NCBI GenBank assembly: GCA_041491325.1
Contig: JBGPUS010000002.1
Location: 1 to 33,717, forward strand
DNA length: 33,717 nt
Reading direction: 5' to 3'
Source: Nitrospirota bacterium
Lineage (GTDB): Bacteria; Nitrospirota; UBA9217
Part shown: piece after piece, positions 15,631 through 24,747 of the stretch
How the letters are laid out: every line of letters begins with the position of its first letter
How positions within the stretch are numbered: the stretch's first letter is position 1
Translations under genes and position numbers: made by a program
Notes under the pieces: model-generated
The model's database searches: none
The model's input: only the letters and a program-made list of their open reading frames with translations
Told to the model about the DNA's origin: nothing

Positions 15631-17562
15631 ATGAGTGAAATACAACTCAGGCTGCCTGACGGTCAGGTGAAAAGTATGCCAGTCGGCATCACCGGTCAGG
15701 AAGTTGCCGAGAAAATCGGCTCTCGCCTCGCTAAAGACGCGCTTGCCATAAAATTAGACGGTCAACTTCAGGATCTCACCGTCCCTGTTGATCACTCTGC
15801 CGCGATAGAGATTATTACCTTTGCGGCGCCGGAGGGCCGCGACGTGTACTGGCACAGTACGTCGCACCTCATGGCGCAGGCGGTAAAACAGCTTTTTCCG
15901 CAGGCGAAGGTTGCTATCGGTCCGGCGATCGAAGAAGGGTTTTACTACGACTTCGATCTGGAGCGACCCTTTACGCCCGAAGATCTCGTTAAGATCGAAA
16001 AGCGGATGGGGGAGCTGGCCAAGTCGGCTTTGCCGGTCACCAGAAAAGTTATTTCCAAGGCGGAGGCCTTGTCGTTCTTTCAAAAACTGGGCGAGACCTA
16101 CAAGGTCGAGCTGATCAGTGAATTGCCCGATGGTGCGATATCGATCTACGAACAGGGCGATTTTGCGGACCTCTGCCGCGGACCGCACGTGCCGTTGACG
16201 TCGAAGATAAAGGTTTTTAAGCTTCTCTCCATTGCAGGCGCCTACTGGCGCGGCAGCGAGAAGAACAAAATGCTCCAGCGGATCTACGGCATCTCGTTTC
16301 CGGCGAAGGACGCGCTCGACGCGCATCTTACGCGGCTCGAAGAGATCAAGCGGCGGGACCACCGGAAGCTCGGCAAGGACCTCGAGCTCTTTTCCGTATC
16401 GGACGAAGTGGGCGGCGGCCTGGTCCTGTGGCACCCCCGGGGCGCGCTGATTCGGAAGACCATCGAGGATTTTTGGCGCGACGAACACCAGAAGAACGGC
16501 TACGATTTCGTGTATTCTCCGCACGTGGGCCGCGCGAACCTGTGGGAAACCTCGGGCCATCTTGGCTTTTACCGGGAGAACATGTATTCTTCCATGGACG
16601 TGGAAGGGCAGGAGTATTATGTAAAGCCCATGAACTGCCCGTTCCATATCATGATCTATAAGAACAAGCTTCGCTCGTATCGTGATTTGCCGCTTCGGTA
16701 TGCGGAGTTGGGCACGGTGTATCGCTTTGAACGCTCCGGCGTGCTGCACGGCCTCCTCAGGGTGCGCGGCTTTACGCAGGACGATGCCCATATTTTCGTC
16801 GCGCCGGAGGAAATGGAAACAGAGGTCATCCGGGTCCTGGAGTTCGTCGTAAAGATGCTCAGGACCTTCGGGTTCGATGAGTTCAAGGCATACATCGCGA
16901 CCAAACCCGAGAAATCCGTGGGTGACGACACTATGTGGGAGCGTGCCACGCAGGCGCTCAAAATTGCGGCTGACAAGGCCGCTCTCGTGTATGAAATGGA
17001 CGACGGCGGCGGCGCTTTTTACGGCCCCAAGATCGACATCAAAATCAAGGACGCGCTGGGCAGATTGTGGCAGTGTTCCACGGTCCAGTTCGACTTTAAC
17101 GAGCCGGAACGGTTCGGCATGACCTTTATCGGTGTTGACAACCAGGCGCATCCGCCGTACATGATTCACCGGGCGCTTTTGGGGTCGATCGAGCGGTTCT
17201 TCGGCATGCTGATCGAGCACTATGCAGGAGCGTTCCCGGTCTGGCTCGCGCCGGTGCAGGCGAAAGTAATATCGATCACCGACAAGCAGCTTGACTACGC
17301 GAAAGCCGTTCGGGACAAACTCCTTGGCGAAGGCATCCGGGTGGAGCTCGATTCCCGTTCCGAGAAGATGGGTTTCAAGATTCGCGAGGCAGAGCTCGAA
17401 AAAACTCCCTATATTCTCGTCGTGGGAGACAAGGAAACAGAGCAGAATGCGGTTTCGGTGCGCGCACGGGGCGGGAAAGATCTGGGCGTAATGCCGCTCG
17501 ATGAATTCATCGGCCGGATAATGGAAAACATAAAGACCAAGAGCAATGACTTGAAAGCATAA
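15631..17562 (+). CDS. thrS: threonine--tRNA ligase
   Basis: 643 aa with TGS, editing and class II core domains. Recognisable strings include HSTSHLMAQAV, FYYDF, RGFTQDDAHIF and GGGAFYGPKID. Confidence 0.95.
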   Translation: MSEIQLRLPDGQVKSMPVGITGQEVAEKIGSRLAKDALAIKLDGQLQDLTVPVDHSAAIEIITFAAPEGRDVYWHSTSHLMAQAVKQLFPQAKVAIGPAIEEGFYYDFDLERPFTPEDLVKIEKRMGELAKSALPVTRKVISKAEALSFFQKLGETYKVELISELPDGAISIYEQGDFADLCRGPHVPLTSKIKVFKLLSIAGAYWRGSEKNKMLQRIYGISFPAKDALDAHLTRLEEIKRRDHRKLGKDLELFSVSDEVGGGLVLWHPRGALIRKTIEDFWRDEHQKNGYDFVYSPHVGRANLWETSGHLGFYRENMYSSMDVEGQEYYVKPMNCPFHIMIYKNKLRSYRDLPLRYAELGTVYRFERSGVLHGLLRVRGFTQDDAHIFVAPEEMETEVIRVLEFVVKMLRTFGFDEFKAYIATKPEKSVGDDTMWERATQALKIAADKAALVYEMDDGGGAFYGPKIDIKIKDALGRLWQCSTVQFDFNEPERFGMTFIGVDNQAHPPYMIHRALLGSIERFFGMLIEHYAGAFPVWLAPVQAKVISITDKQLDYAKAVRDKLLGEGIRVELDSRSEKMGFKIREAELEKTPYILVVGDKETEQNAVSVRARGGKDLGVMPLDEFIGRIMENIKTKSNDLKA

Positions 17563-17664
17563 CGTCCCAGCCATCAGGTTTTTTTTAAAGTTTGATTTTT
17601 GGGATTTATTTACGATTTAGTAATTTGGTAGTTCGTGCTTTTTTAAATAAGGAGGTGGTCGTTT

Positions 17665-18198
17665 ATCACTAAAATTACAACAAGGATTAATTACGGGATC
17701 AAGGTTAAGGAAGTCCGGGTCGTCGCAGGAGAAGGCGAGCAACTCGGGATACTGGACATCCGGGAGGCGATTAAGAAGGCTGAGGAACTCGGGCTCGACC
17801 TTGTGGAAGTGGCGCCCACCGCAAAGCCGCCGGTTTGCCGGATCATGGATTTCGGCAAGTACAAGTACGAGCTTGCCAAGAAGGCGAACGAAGCCAGGAA
17901 ACATCAAACGGTCATCATCCTCAAGGAGATAAAACTCAGGCCCCGTACCGATGAGCATGATGTCCAGTTCAAAATCAACAACATTAAGCGTTTCCTCGCG
18001 GACGGCCATAAGGTAAAAGTCAGCGTTATGTTCCGGGGCAGGGAAATGGCCCATATCCAAATGGGCAGGGTCGTGCTCGAACGCATTGTCGCGGAACTGC
18101 AGAATGAAGCCGTTGTAGAGCAGGCGCCGCGCATGGAAGGCAGGAACATGATGCTGCTGCTCGGGGCCAAGGGCAAAGACGCGGCGGTGAAAAAGTAG
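17665..18198 (+). CDS. infC: translation initiation factor IF-3 with a non-AUG start (ATC at 17665, or ATT at 17674)
   Basis: The frame is open from 17647. AAGGAGG at 17649-17655 lies 9 nt before the ATC. Translation ITKITTRINYGIKVKEVRVVAGEGEQLGILDIREAIKKAEELGLDLVEV is a canonical IF-3 N-domain that the ATG-based track ORF (17803) truncates. Confidence 0.85.
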   Translation: MTKITTRINYGIKVKEVRVVAGEGEQLGILDIREAIKKAEELGLDLVEVAPTAKPPVCRIMDFGKYKYELAKKANEARKHQTVIILKEIKLRPRTDEHDVQFKINNIKRFLADGHKVKVSVMFRGREMAHIQMGRVVLERIVAELQNEAVVEQAPRMEGRNMMLLLGAKGKDAAVKK

Positions 18199-18242
18199 GA
18201 ACCGAAAAGTTATAAAAAAGAAAAATTCGGAAAGGAAATGAA

Positions 18243-18452
18243 ATGGCGAAGATAAAATTAAAAACAAACCGGAGCGCGGCCAAGAGATTGAAAGTGACCG
18301 GCTCCGGCAAGATCACCCGGCACAAGGGCTGGAAGAGGCATTTGCTTTCCGGCAAAAACAAAACGCGCAAGCGGCGTTTGAGCGGTTCGTTTGAGGTCGA
18401 CAAGGACAATATAAAAAATATAAAACGGATGCTTCCCTACGGGGGCAAGTAG
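18243..18452 (+). CDS. rpmI: 50S ribosomal protein L35
   Basis: MAKIKLKTNRSAAKRLKVTGSGKITRHKG. 69 aa and strongly basic. Confidence 0.93.
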   Translation: MAKIKLKTNRSAAKRLKVTGSGKITRHKGWKRHLLSGKNKTRKRRLSGSFEVDKDNIKNIKRMLPYGGK

Positions 18453-18555
18453 TACGGTTCGGATGCGGAGGCAGGATAGTCAAAGACTTCTTTACGTATC
18501 CTGCATCATGTATCAGGGACCATGTATCTCGTAAATTGAAGGAGGTTTAGAAAAA

Positions 18556-18909
18556 ATGCCGAGAGCTAAAGGCGGCCCCAAGACAAGGGCCAGAAGAAAA
18601 CGCGTGCTCAACCTGGCCGAAGGCTATTGGGGCGCAAAGTCGAAATTATTCCGCACTGCTACCGAAGCCGTGGATCGTGCGCTTAAGTATGCATACCGGG
18701 ACCGTAAGGCCCGGAAGAGGGACTTCAGGAGACTCTGGATTGCGCGCATCAACGCCGCGGCCAGACTGAACGGAGTTACCTACAGCCGGTTCATCGCCGG
18801 CCTGATCAAGAACGGCGTGGCTATCGACCGGAAGATACTTGCAGACCTCGCGATATCCGATCCCGCGGGATTTACGAAGCTGGTTGATACGGCAAAGATA
18901 GCATCTTAA
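18556..18909 (+). CDS. rplT: 50S ribosomal protein L20
   Basis: [41 protein letters not shown]. Confidence 0.95.
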   Translation: MPRAKGGPKTRARRKRVLNLAEGYWGAKSKLFRTATEAVDRALKYAYRDRKARKRDFRRLWIARINAAARLNGVTYSRFIAGLIKNGVAIDRKILADLAISDPAGFTKLVDTAKIAS

Positions 18910-18944
18910 GGGTGACAGTGTACCCGTTGCCGTCAGTATTTCAC

Positions 18945-18971
18945 AGCCCCGGTCCATCCGGGGCTTTTTTT
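18945..18971 (+). terminator. rho-independent terminator after rplT
   Basis: AGCCCCGG-tccat-CCGGGGCT stem-loop followed by T7. Confidence 0.85.
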
Positions 18972-19015
18972 GTTGACATCTCCCGGTAATTCGGTTAAAA
19001 AACATCAGGAAAATT

Positions 19016-20845
19016 ATGCTGAAACATGGCCGTTCCAGTATCGCGGCCTTCACGGCTTGCGCCATCCTGCTTTGTATCACCGCCCCTGCCTACCCGTCTT
19101 ACAACTCAGAAGCCGGGCATATGTATTCTGTCGCCTCCCAGCGACTCGCAAACCTTAAAAAATCAAGCAAGAAAATAAAATACCGGTCCTACTGGATGGA
19201 TTGCATCCAGACCTTTGAACAGGTGGAAAAGAAATTTCCCGAAAGCCCGAGAGCCGCGGACGCCTGTTTTGACCGGGCAGGCGTTTACCTCGACCTCTAC
19301 CGGCATAATAAATATTCCAAAGACCTGGATGAAGCCCTTCAAGTATTCGGGAAATGCCAGACCGCCTATCCCAAGCACGCCAAGGCGTCCGAAGCGCTCT
19401 ATCACGTCATCGACCTATCCCTGAACAACAAAAAAGACGCAGCGTCCGCGTTAAACACCTATACCAAGTTGTCGGAGGCTTATCCGAAAAGCTCGTGGAC
19501 CAAAAAGGCAAAAGCGCGGTTCGGTCCGGCGCTACGGGAAAAGCGCAAGCCCGAGCTTGAGATAAAAAAGATGCCCGTGCCGGTGCTGACCTCCGTGGGA
19601 GCGGCGAAAGCCGAGGGGGTAGTCAAGACCATCCGGCACTGGTCGGAAGGCGCCTATACCCGTATCGTGATCGACCAGAGCGGTCCTGTTCATTTTCAGG
19701 TCCAGGAACTCAAGAACCCGGACCGGCTGGTCTTTGATCTTTCGAACGCGCGTGTGGACAATTCGCTGAACAAAGAACCGCTTCCCATCAATGACGGAAT
19801 TCTAAAGCAAGTCCGCGCCAGCCAGTATGCTCCTGATATTGTCCGCGTTGTGCTCGATCTGGCGAGCATTAAAAGTTATGTCGCTTTTCCCCTGCGGGAA
19901 CCCGACCGGCTGGTCATTGACGTGACCGGCGAGAACGGCAGAGCAGGGGAAAATCCTGTTGTGAGCGCGGGAACTGAGACGAAGGGCGATAGCGCAGGAG
20001 TCCGGCAGACCGCCAAACCCGAAGACAAAACAGAACCAAAAGACGAAAAAAAATCGGAGGTCCCTCAGCTTTTTGCTCAAAAACCGGAGACGCAGGACAA
20101 TGGCGGCGAACGGCTGACGCTGTCCCGCCAGATGGGGCTTAAGGTCAAGACCATCGCCATCGACGCCGGCCATGGCGGTCATGACCCCGGCGCAATCGGC
20201 AAGGGCGGTTTGAAGGAAAAAACCGTGACTCTCGATATTGCGAAGAGGCTGGCGGTCCTCGTGAAGGGGCGTCTCGGGTGCAAGGTGGTCATGACGCGGG
20301 ACAAGGATGTGTTCGTCCCCCTGGATAAGCGGCCGTTCATTGCAAAGGCGCGCAGCGCGGACCTGTTCGTCTCGATCCATGTCAACGCGAACCGCAAGCG
20401 CAAGGCAAAGGGCATAGAAACGTACATCCAGGGCCTCAAAGCCTCCGACCGCGAAGCCATGGCGACCGCGGCCCGTGAAAACGCCATGTCAACCAAGAGC
20501 TTAAGCGAGCTGGACAGCGATGTCGACCGTATGCTGAAGGATTTGAAGATAGACAACAAGCTCGAAGAGTCCCTGCAGCTTGCCTGGACCGTGCAGACGT
20601 CCCTGGTGGACTCAATGGCGACGCCGCGAAAAAAAGTCGTCAACCTCGGCGTGAAGCGGGCCTTTTTCTATGTCTTGATGAACACCAACATCCCGAGCAT
20701 TCTTGCCGAGGTCGGCTTCATCACGAACGCCGAAGAAGAAAAGCTGTTGAACAAGGATTCCTACCGGCAGGCCATTGCGGAGGCCCTGTACCAGGGCGTG
20801 AAAAAATATGTTGATGCGCGCTCGCCGCAGATGATGGGAATTTAG
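19016..20845 (+). CDS. N-acetylmuramoyl-L-alanine amidase (Amidase_3) with N-terminal YbgF/TPR-like and AMIN domains
   Basis: Signal peptide. TPR-like FPESPRAADACFDRAGVY..AYPKHAKASEAL. AMIN-like VKTIRHWSEGAYTRIVIDQ..RLVFDL. K/E/P-rich linker. Catalytic IAIDAGHGGHDPGA..FVSIHVNA..NIPSILAEVGF. Confidence 0.9.
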   Translation: MLKHGRSSIAAFTACAILLCITAPAYPSYNSEAGHMYSVASQRLANLKKSSKKIKYRSYWMDCIQTFEQVEKKFPESPRAADACFDRAGVYLDLYRHNKYSKDLDEALQVFGKCQTAYPKHAKASEALYHVIDLSLNNKKDAASALNTYTKLSEAYPKSSWTKKAKARFGPALREKRKPELEIKKMPVPVLTSVGAAKAEGVVKTIRHWSEGAYTRIVIDQSGPVHFQVQELKNPDRLVFDLSNARVDNSLNKEPLPINDGILKQVRASQYAPDIVRVVLDLASIKSYVAFPLREPDRLVIDVTGENGRAGENPVVSAGTETKGDSAGVRQTAKPEDKTEPKDEKKSEVPQLFAQKPETQDNGGERLTLSRQMGLKVKTIAIDAGHGGHDPGAIGKGGLKEKTVTLDIAKRLAVLVKGRLGCKVVMTRDKDVFVPLDKRPFIAKARSADLFVSIHVNANRKRKAKGIETYIQGLKASDREAMATAARENAMSTKSLSELDSDVDRMLKDLKIDNKLEESLQLAWTVQTSLVDSMATPRKKVVNLGVKRAFFYVLMNTNIPSILAEVGFITNAEEEKLLNKDSYRQAIAEALYQGVKKYVDARSPQMMGI

Positions 20846-20899
20846 AACCAGGTTATAGGTTATATCAGGTCATAGGTCATAGCTGTAGTACGGTAACCG

Positions 20900-20934
20900 G
20901 ACCCTGGCCCCCGGACCCTGGACCCTGGACCCTG
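20900..20934. repeat. tandem GACCCTG heptamers (4 copies, 3 contiguous) directly downstream of the prfB stop
   Basis: GACCCTG at 20900, 20914, 20921 and 20928, preceded by GGT(T/C)ATAG-type short repeats at 20850-20882. Confidence 0.6.
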
Positions 20935-20937
20935 CTC

Positions 20938-22054
20938 CTATACCCTGCCACCTGAATCATTTCCCGCTATCAAATACGCCTCAATAAACTGGTCGAGGTC
21001 TCCGTCCATGACGGCGTTCACGTTCCCCGTTTCCACGCTGGTGCGGTGGTCCTTGACCATCTGGTACGGCTGAAAAACATACGACCTGATCTGGCTGCCC
21101 CAGGCAATATCCTTTTTCTCGTTGATGAGCTTGCCGACCTTGTCATCCTGTTCTTTTTTCCGCACTTCATACAGCTTCGCCCGGAGCACTTTCATGGCCA
21201 CGTTTTTGTTCTTGAGCTGCGAACGTTCGTTCTGGCATTGTACCACGATGTTCGTGGGCAGATGCGTGATGCGCACGGCGGAGTCGGTCTTGTTCACATG
21301 CTGGCCGCCCGCGCTCGAAGCGCGGTAGGTGTCGATGCGGAGGTCTTTCTCGTCGATGGAGAGGTCGATGTCTTCCTCAACCTCGGGATAGACATAGACC
21401 GACGCGAAGGACGTGTGCCTGCGCTTGTTTGCGTCGAACGGAGATATCCGGACAAGCCGGTGAACGCCCGCCTCGGCTTTCGTCCTGCCGTAGGCGTAGT
21501 CCCCGTTGACCGTGAAGGTGACGGACTTGACTCCCGCTTCTTCGCCGTTCTGGTAATCCAGGATCTCGGTCTTGTACCCGCGCTTTTCAGCCCAGCGCAA
21601 ATACATGCGCATCAGCATCTCCGCCCAGTCCTGGGCTTCGGTGCCGCCCGCGCCGGGGTGGATCGAGACGATCGCATTCGAGCCGTCGCGCTCGCCCGAG
21701 AGCAGGGCCGCGACTTCAGCGGACGCCAGGTCCTTCTGGATGACCGAAAGCTCCTGCTCGAGTTCGGCGCGCAGGGACTCGCCGCCTTCTTCCGAAGCGA
21801 GCTCGGCCATGGCCTCAAGGTCGTTCAGCCTGCGGGCAAGCGTGCTCCAATCCTTGAGCGACCGCTCTATCGCGCCCTTTTCTTTCACAATTACGTTTGC
21901 TTTGTCCGTATTATTCCAGAAACCCGTGGTTTCCGTGAGGCGGGTGAGTTCGGCTAATTTTAATTCCTTGGCGGGAGTGTCAAAGATGCCTCCGCAGGAC
22001 GTCAATCCTGCCGTTGATGTTGTCGAGTTGCAGTTTTAGATCTTCTAAAAGCAT
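20938..22054 (-). CDS. prfB: peptide chain release factor 2 with programmed +1 frameshift
   Basis: Frame 0 from the ATG at 22054 gives [24 protein letters not shown], then CTT TGA C (21985-21979) with GGAGG 3 nt upstream. The +1 frame continues [20 protein letters not shown] to 20938. Confidence 0.92.
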
Positions 22055-22086
22055 GTGTCTCTCCTAACCGGGTATTGATTACGCGG

Positions 22087-22115
22087 ATTATACCATAGAG
22101 AAAAAGAACAAGCAA
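22087..22115 (-). promoter_or_regulatory. sigma-70 promoter with extended -10 for prfB
   Basis: On the minus strand: TTGCTT, 17 nt ending in TGG, then TATAAT. The -10 lies about 30 nt upstream of the prfB ATG. Confidence 0.6.
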
Positions 22116-22161
22116 AGGCAAACAGAAAAAACCGGTCATTTTCCCGCAAACGTCAGCGGTG

Positions 22162-22854
22162 TTATGTCTGTTTGAGGTCGGAGCTCTTGCGCATTGCCTC
22201 GCAAGCCATGTGGCGGATGACCTTGCCTTTCACGAGGAACACGACCATTTCAGCTACGTTGGTCGCGTGGTCGGCGATGCGCTCGAGATATTTTGTGATG
22301 TAGGTGAGCCGCACGGAGCGGGAGATGTTCTTCGGGTCCTGGAGCATGAACACCAGCAGCTCATTGAAGATCTGATGATTCAGGTTGTCGACGAAGTCGT
22401 CGGCTTCGCAGACCCGCAGGGCGAGTTCCGCGTCTTTTCCCAGGAACGCGTCGAGGCTGTCCTTGAGCATTTTCTGAGAGGCTTCGGCCATGCGCGGGAT
22501 GTCGATATAAGGCTTAAGCGGCGGTTCTTCGAGCAATTCAAGAGCGCGTTCGCAGATGTCCACGGCCAGGTCGCCCATGCGCTCCAGGTCCGTGATGATC
22601 TTGATGGCCGTGGTGATAAAACGGAGATTGCTTGCTTTCGGCTGCCAAAGGGCGAGGAAACGGATGCAGTCCTCCTCGATCTCGACATCGAAATTGTTGA
22701 CAATGGCGTCGCCGTCTATTACGGCCAGGGCAAGTGCCCGGTCCCGGTCCACCAGCGCTTTGATGGATTTCCGGATCGCGTCCTCCACGGCCCCTCCCAT
22801 CTTGAGAATGTCTTCTTTGATTTTTTCAAGGGCCTGTTCTTTCTGCGTGGGCAT
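22162..22854 (-). CDS. phoU: phosphate signalling complex protein PhoU
   Basis: Two PhoU repeats (..DLERMGDLAVDI.., ..YLERIADHATNV..). Start set at the ATG at 22854, 6 nt after AAGGAG. The track ORF start at 22884 lies inside an intergenic repeat. Confidence 0.9.
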   Translation of the reverse strand: MPTQKEQALEKIKEDILKMGGAVEDAIRKSIKALVDRDRALALAVIDGDAIVNNFDVEIEEDCIRFLALWQPKASNLRFITTAIKIITDLERMGDLAVDICERALELLEEPPLKPYIDIPRMAEASQKMLKDSLDAFLGKDAELALRVCEADDFVDNLNHQIFNELLVFMLQDPKNISRSVRLTYITKYLERIADHATNVAEMVVFLVKGKVIRHMACEAMRKSSDLKQT

Positions 22855-22871
22855 GTGGGTCTCCTTAATAA

Positions 22872-22916
22872 GTTGATAGCTCATAGCTCGTAGTAAGGCA
22901 GGTAACAGCTATCAAC
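22872..22916. repeat. 10-bp-stem hairpin plus AGCTAT-type short repeats in the pstB-phoU spacer
   Basis: GTTGATAGCT (22872-22881) is complementary to AGCTATCAAC (22907-22916). The tract GAGCTATCAGCTATGAACTATGAGCT follows. Confidence 0.5.
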
Positions 22917-22964
22917 GACCGGTCCATCAACTCTGAGCTATCAGCTATGAACTATGAGCTGTCG

Positions 22965-23729
22965 CTAACCAAATCTTCCCGTAATATAATCATCCGTCTG
23001 CTTCTTGTCCGGGTTCGTAAAAATCTTTTCCGTCGGTCCGTATTCGATGAGTTCTCCCATGTATAAAAAACCCGTCATATTCGCCACGCGGGCCGCCTGT
23101 TGCATATTATGGGTCACGATGATGATTGATACGTCTTTTTTCAGGTTTCCGAGGAGTTCTTCTATCTTCGCCGTGGAGATCGGGTCCAGGGCCGAGGTCG
23201 GCTCATCGAACAGGATGATGTCGGGTTCGACCGCAAGCGCCCGCGCGATGACCAGCCTTTGCTGCTGCCCGCCGGACAGTTCATAGGCACTGTCGTTCAG
23301 CTTGTCCCGCACCTCGTTCCAGAGGGCCGCGTGCTTGAGCGCGCGTTCAATGCGGTCGATCAGTTCGCTCCTGTTCTTGATGCCTTTTAACTTGAGCCCG
23401 TAGGCGATATTTTCCGCTATGGTCATGGGAAACGGCGTGGGTTTCTGGAAAACCATGCCGATGCGGCTCCTGAGCGTGATGAGGTCTATATCGCGCTGGA
23501 GGATGTTTTTCCCCTCAAAGGTGATTTCCCCTTCATAGCGGTTGTTCGGATAAAGGTCGTGCATCCGGTTGAAGCAGCGCAGCAGCGTGGTCTTTCCGCA
23601 GCCGGAAGGGCCGATGAGGGCCGTCACGTTATTTTTATAGATCGGGAGCGAAACGTCCCTCAGGGCATGGACGTCGCCGTTATAGTAAAAATTGAGGTTT
23701 TTGACCTCGAGTTCGATAGCCGGTGTCAC
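22965..23729 (-). CDS. pstB: phosphate ABC transporter ATP-binding protein
   Basis: [17 protein letters not shown] and [10 protein letters not shown], with a PstB-type N-terminus. Confidence 0.95.
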   Translation of the reverse strand: MTPAIELEVKNLNFYYNGDVHALRDVSLPIYKNNVTALIGPSGCGKTTLLRCFNRMHDLYPNNRYEGEITFEGKNILQRDIDLITLRSRIGMVFQKPTPFPMTIAENIAYGLKLKGIKNRSELIDRIERALKHAALWNEVRDKLNDSAYELSGGQQQRLVIARALAVEPDIILFDEPTSALDPISTAKIEELLGNLKKDVSIIIVTHNMQQAARVANMTGFLYMGELIEYGPTEKIFTNPDKKQTDDYITGRFG

Positions 23730-24568
23730 TGCTTATACCTCCACTTGAGAATAAGTCGGCCGAGGATCGTCAACGCCAGGATGAACAGCGTAATCACGAA
23801 GGCTGCGGCCCAGGCCTGCCTGTGCCAGTCTTCGTACGGCCCCATGGCATACTGGAAAATGGTGGCCGTCAAAGAAGCGATCGGCCGGTTCATGTCCCAG
23901 GAAAAAAAATTATTGTTAAACGACGTGAACAGGAGCGGGGCCGTCTCACCCGCCACGCGCGCGATCGAGAGGAGAATCCCCGTCAGGATTCCCGTGGCCG
24001 CTCCACGATACACGACCTGTATGATGACCTTGTAATAGGGCGCGCCAAGGGCGAACGCCGCCTCCCGCAACGTCCAGGGCACCATGGACAGCATGTCCTC
24101 CGTGGTCCGCAGCACCACCGGGATCATGATGACCGCGAGGGCCACGGCGCCTGCCCACCCGCTGAAATGCCCCAGGGGCCTGACGAGCAAGGCATAGACA
24201 AAGGTCCCGACGACGATGGAAGGAACGCTCACGATGATATCGGACAAGACGCTTATTACTTTGGCAAACCGGGTTCGCCGCGCGTATTCCGCGAGAAAGG
24301 TCCCGCCGAGCACGCCCACGGGCACGCCGATCAGGGTCGCGCAGAGGGTGATCATTAACTGGCCGATAAAGGCGTGTCTGAGGCCGCCGCCTTCGACGCC
24401 GGCAGGGGCGGGGTCGTTCAGGAACAGGCTGAGGTTCAGCGCCCCGATACCGTGGACGATGACGTCCCCGAGTATGAAAACGAGCCAAAAGAGGCCGATA
24501 AAGGCCGCCAGCGAGCTGAAGGCAAGGGCGGTAAAACCCTCTAATTTTCTTTTTTGTTCAATATTCAT
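23726..24568 (-). CDS. pstA: phosphate ABC transporter permease PstA
   Basis: 4-nt overlap with pstB. Multi-TM protein with the EAA-like loop REAAFALGA. Start trimmed to the ATG at 24568 ([11 protein letters not shown]) because the longer ORF reads into a repeat element. Confidence 0.9.
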   Translation of the reverse strand: MNIEQKRKLEGFTALAFSSLAAFIGLFWLVFILGDVIVHGIGALNLSLFLNDPAPAGVEGGGLRHAFIGQLMITLCATLIGVPVGVLGGTFLAEYARRTRFAKVISVLSDIIVSVPSIVVGTFVYALLVRPLGHFSGWAGAVALAVIMIPVVLRTTEDMLSMVPWTLREAAFALGAPYYKVIIQVVYRGAATGILTGILLSIARVAGETAPLLFTSFNNNFFSWDMNRPIASLTATIFQYAMGPYEDWHRQAWAAAFVITLFILALTILGRLILKWRYKQ

Positions 24569-24574
24569 AATCGC

Positions 24575-24747
24575 AGCGTAAATTTCGAATAAATTCCAAT
24601 ATTCAAATCCAAATGGGAAAATGCTTGCCACAAAGATTCGCAAGAGACGCAAAACAAATAAGATCTTTTGTGCTTTTTGTGCCTTTTTGCGGCCAATCGT
24701 TTTTGTTCCAGCTTGTCCGGGTTAGGCGTTTGGGATTTAGATATTGC
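24575..24747. repeat. MITE/REP-like structured element (repeat family 1 ends) filling the pstC-pstA spacer
   Basis: Left end AAATTCCAATATTCAAATCCAAAT and right end GTTTGGGATTTAGATATTGC pair imperfectly. An inner inverted repeat pairs CACAAAGAT with ATCTTTTGTG. Confidence 0.55.

Noticed and set aside
15754-17574. 606-aa ORF antisense to thrS
   Set aside because: It lies entirely within the unambiguous thrS reading frame. The product is Arg/His/Pro/Leu-rich with no motif. This is a typical shadow ORF of a GC-biased gene.
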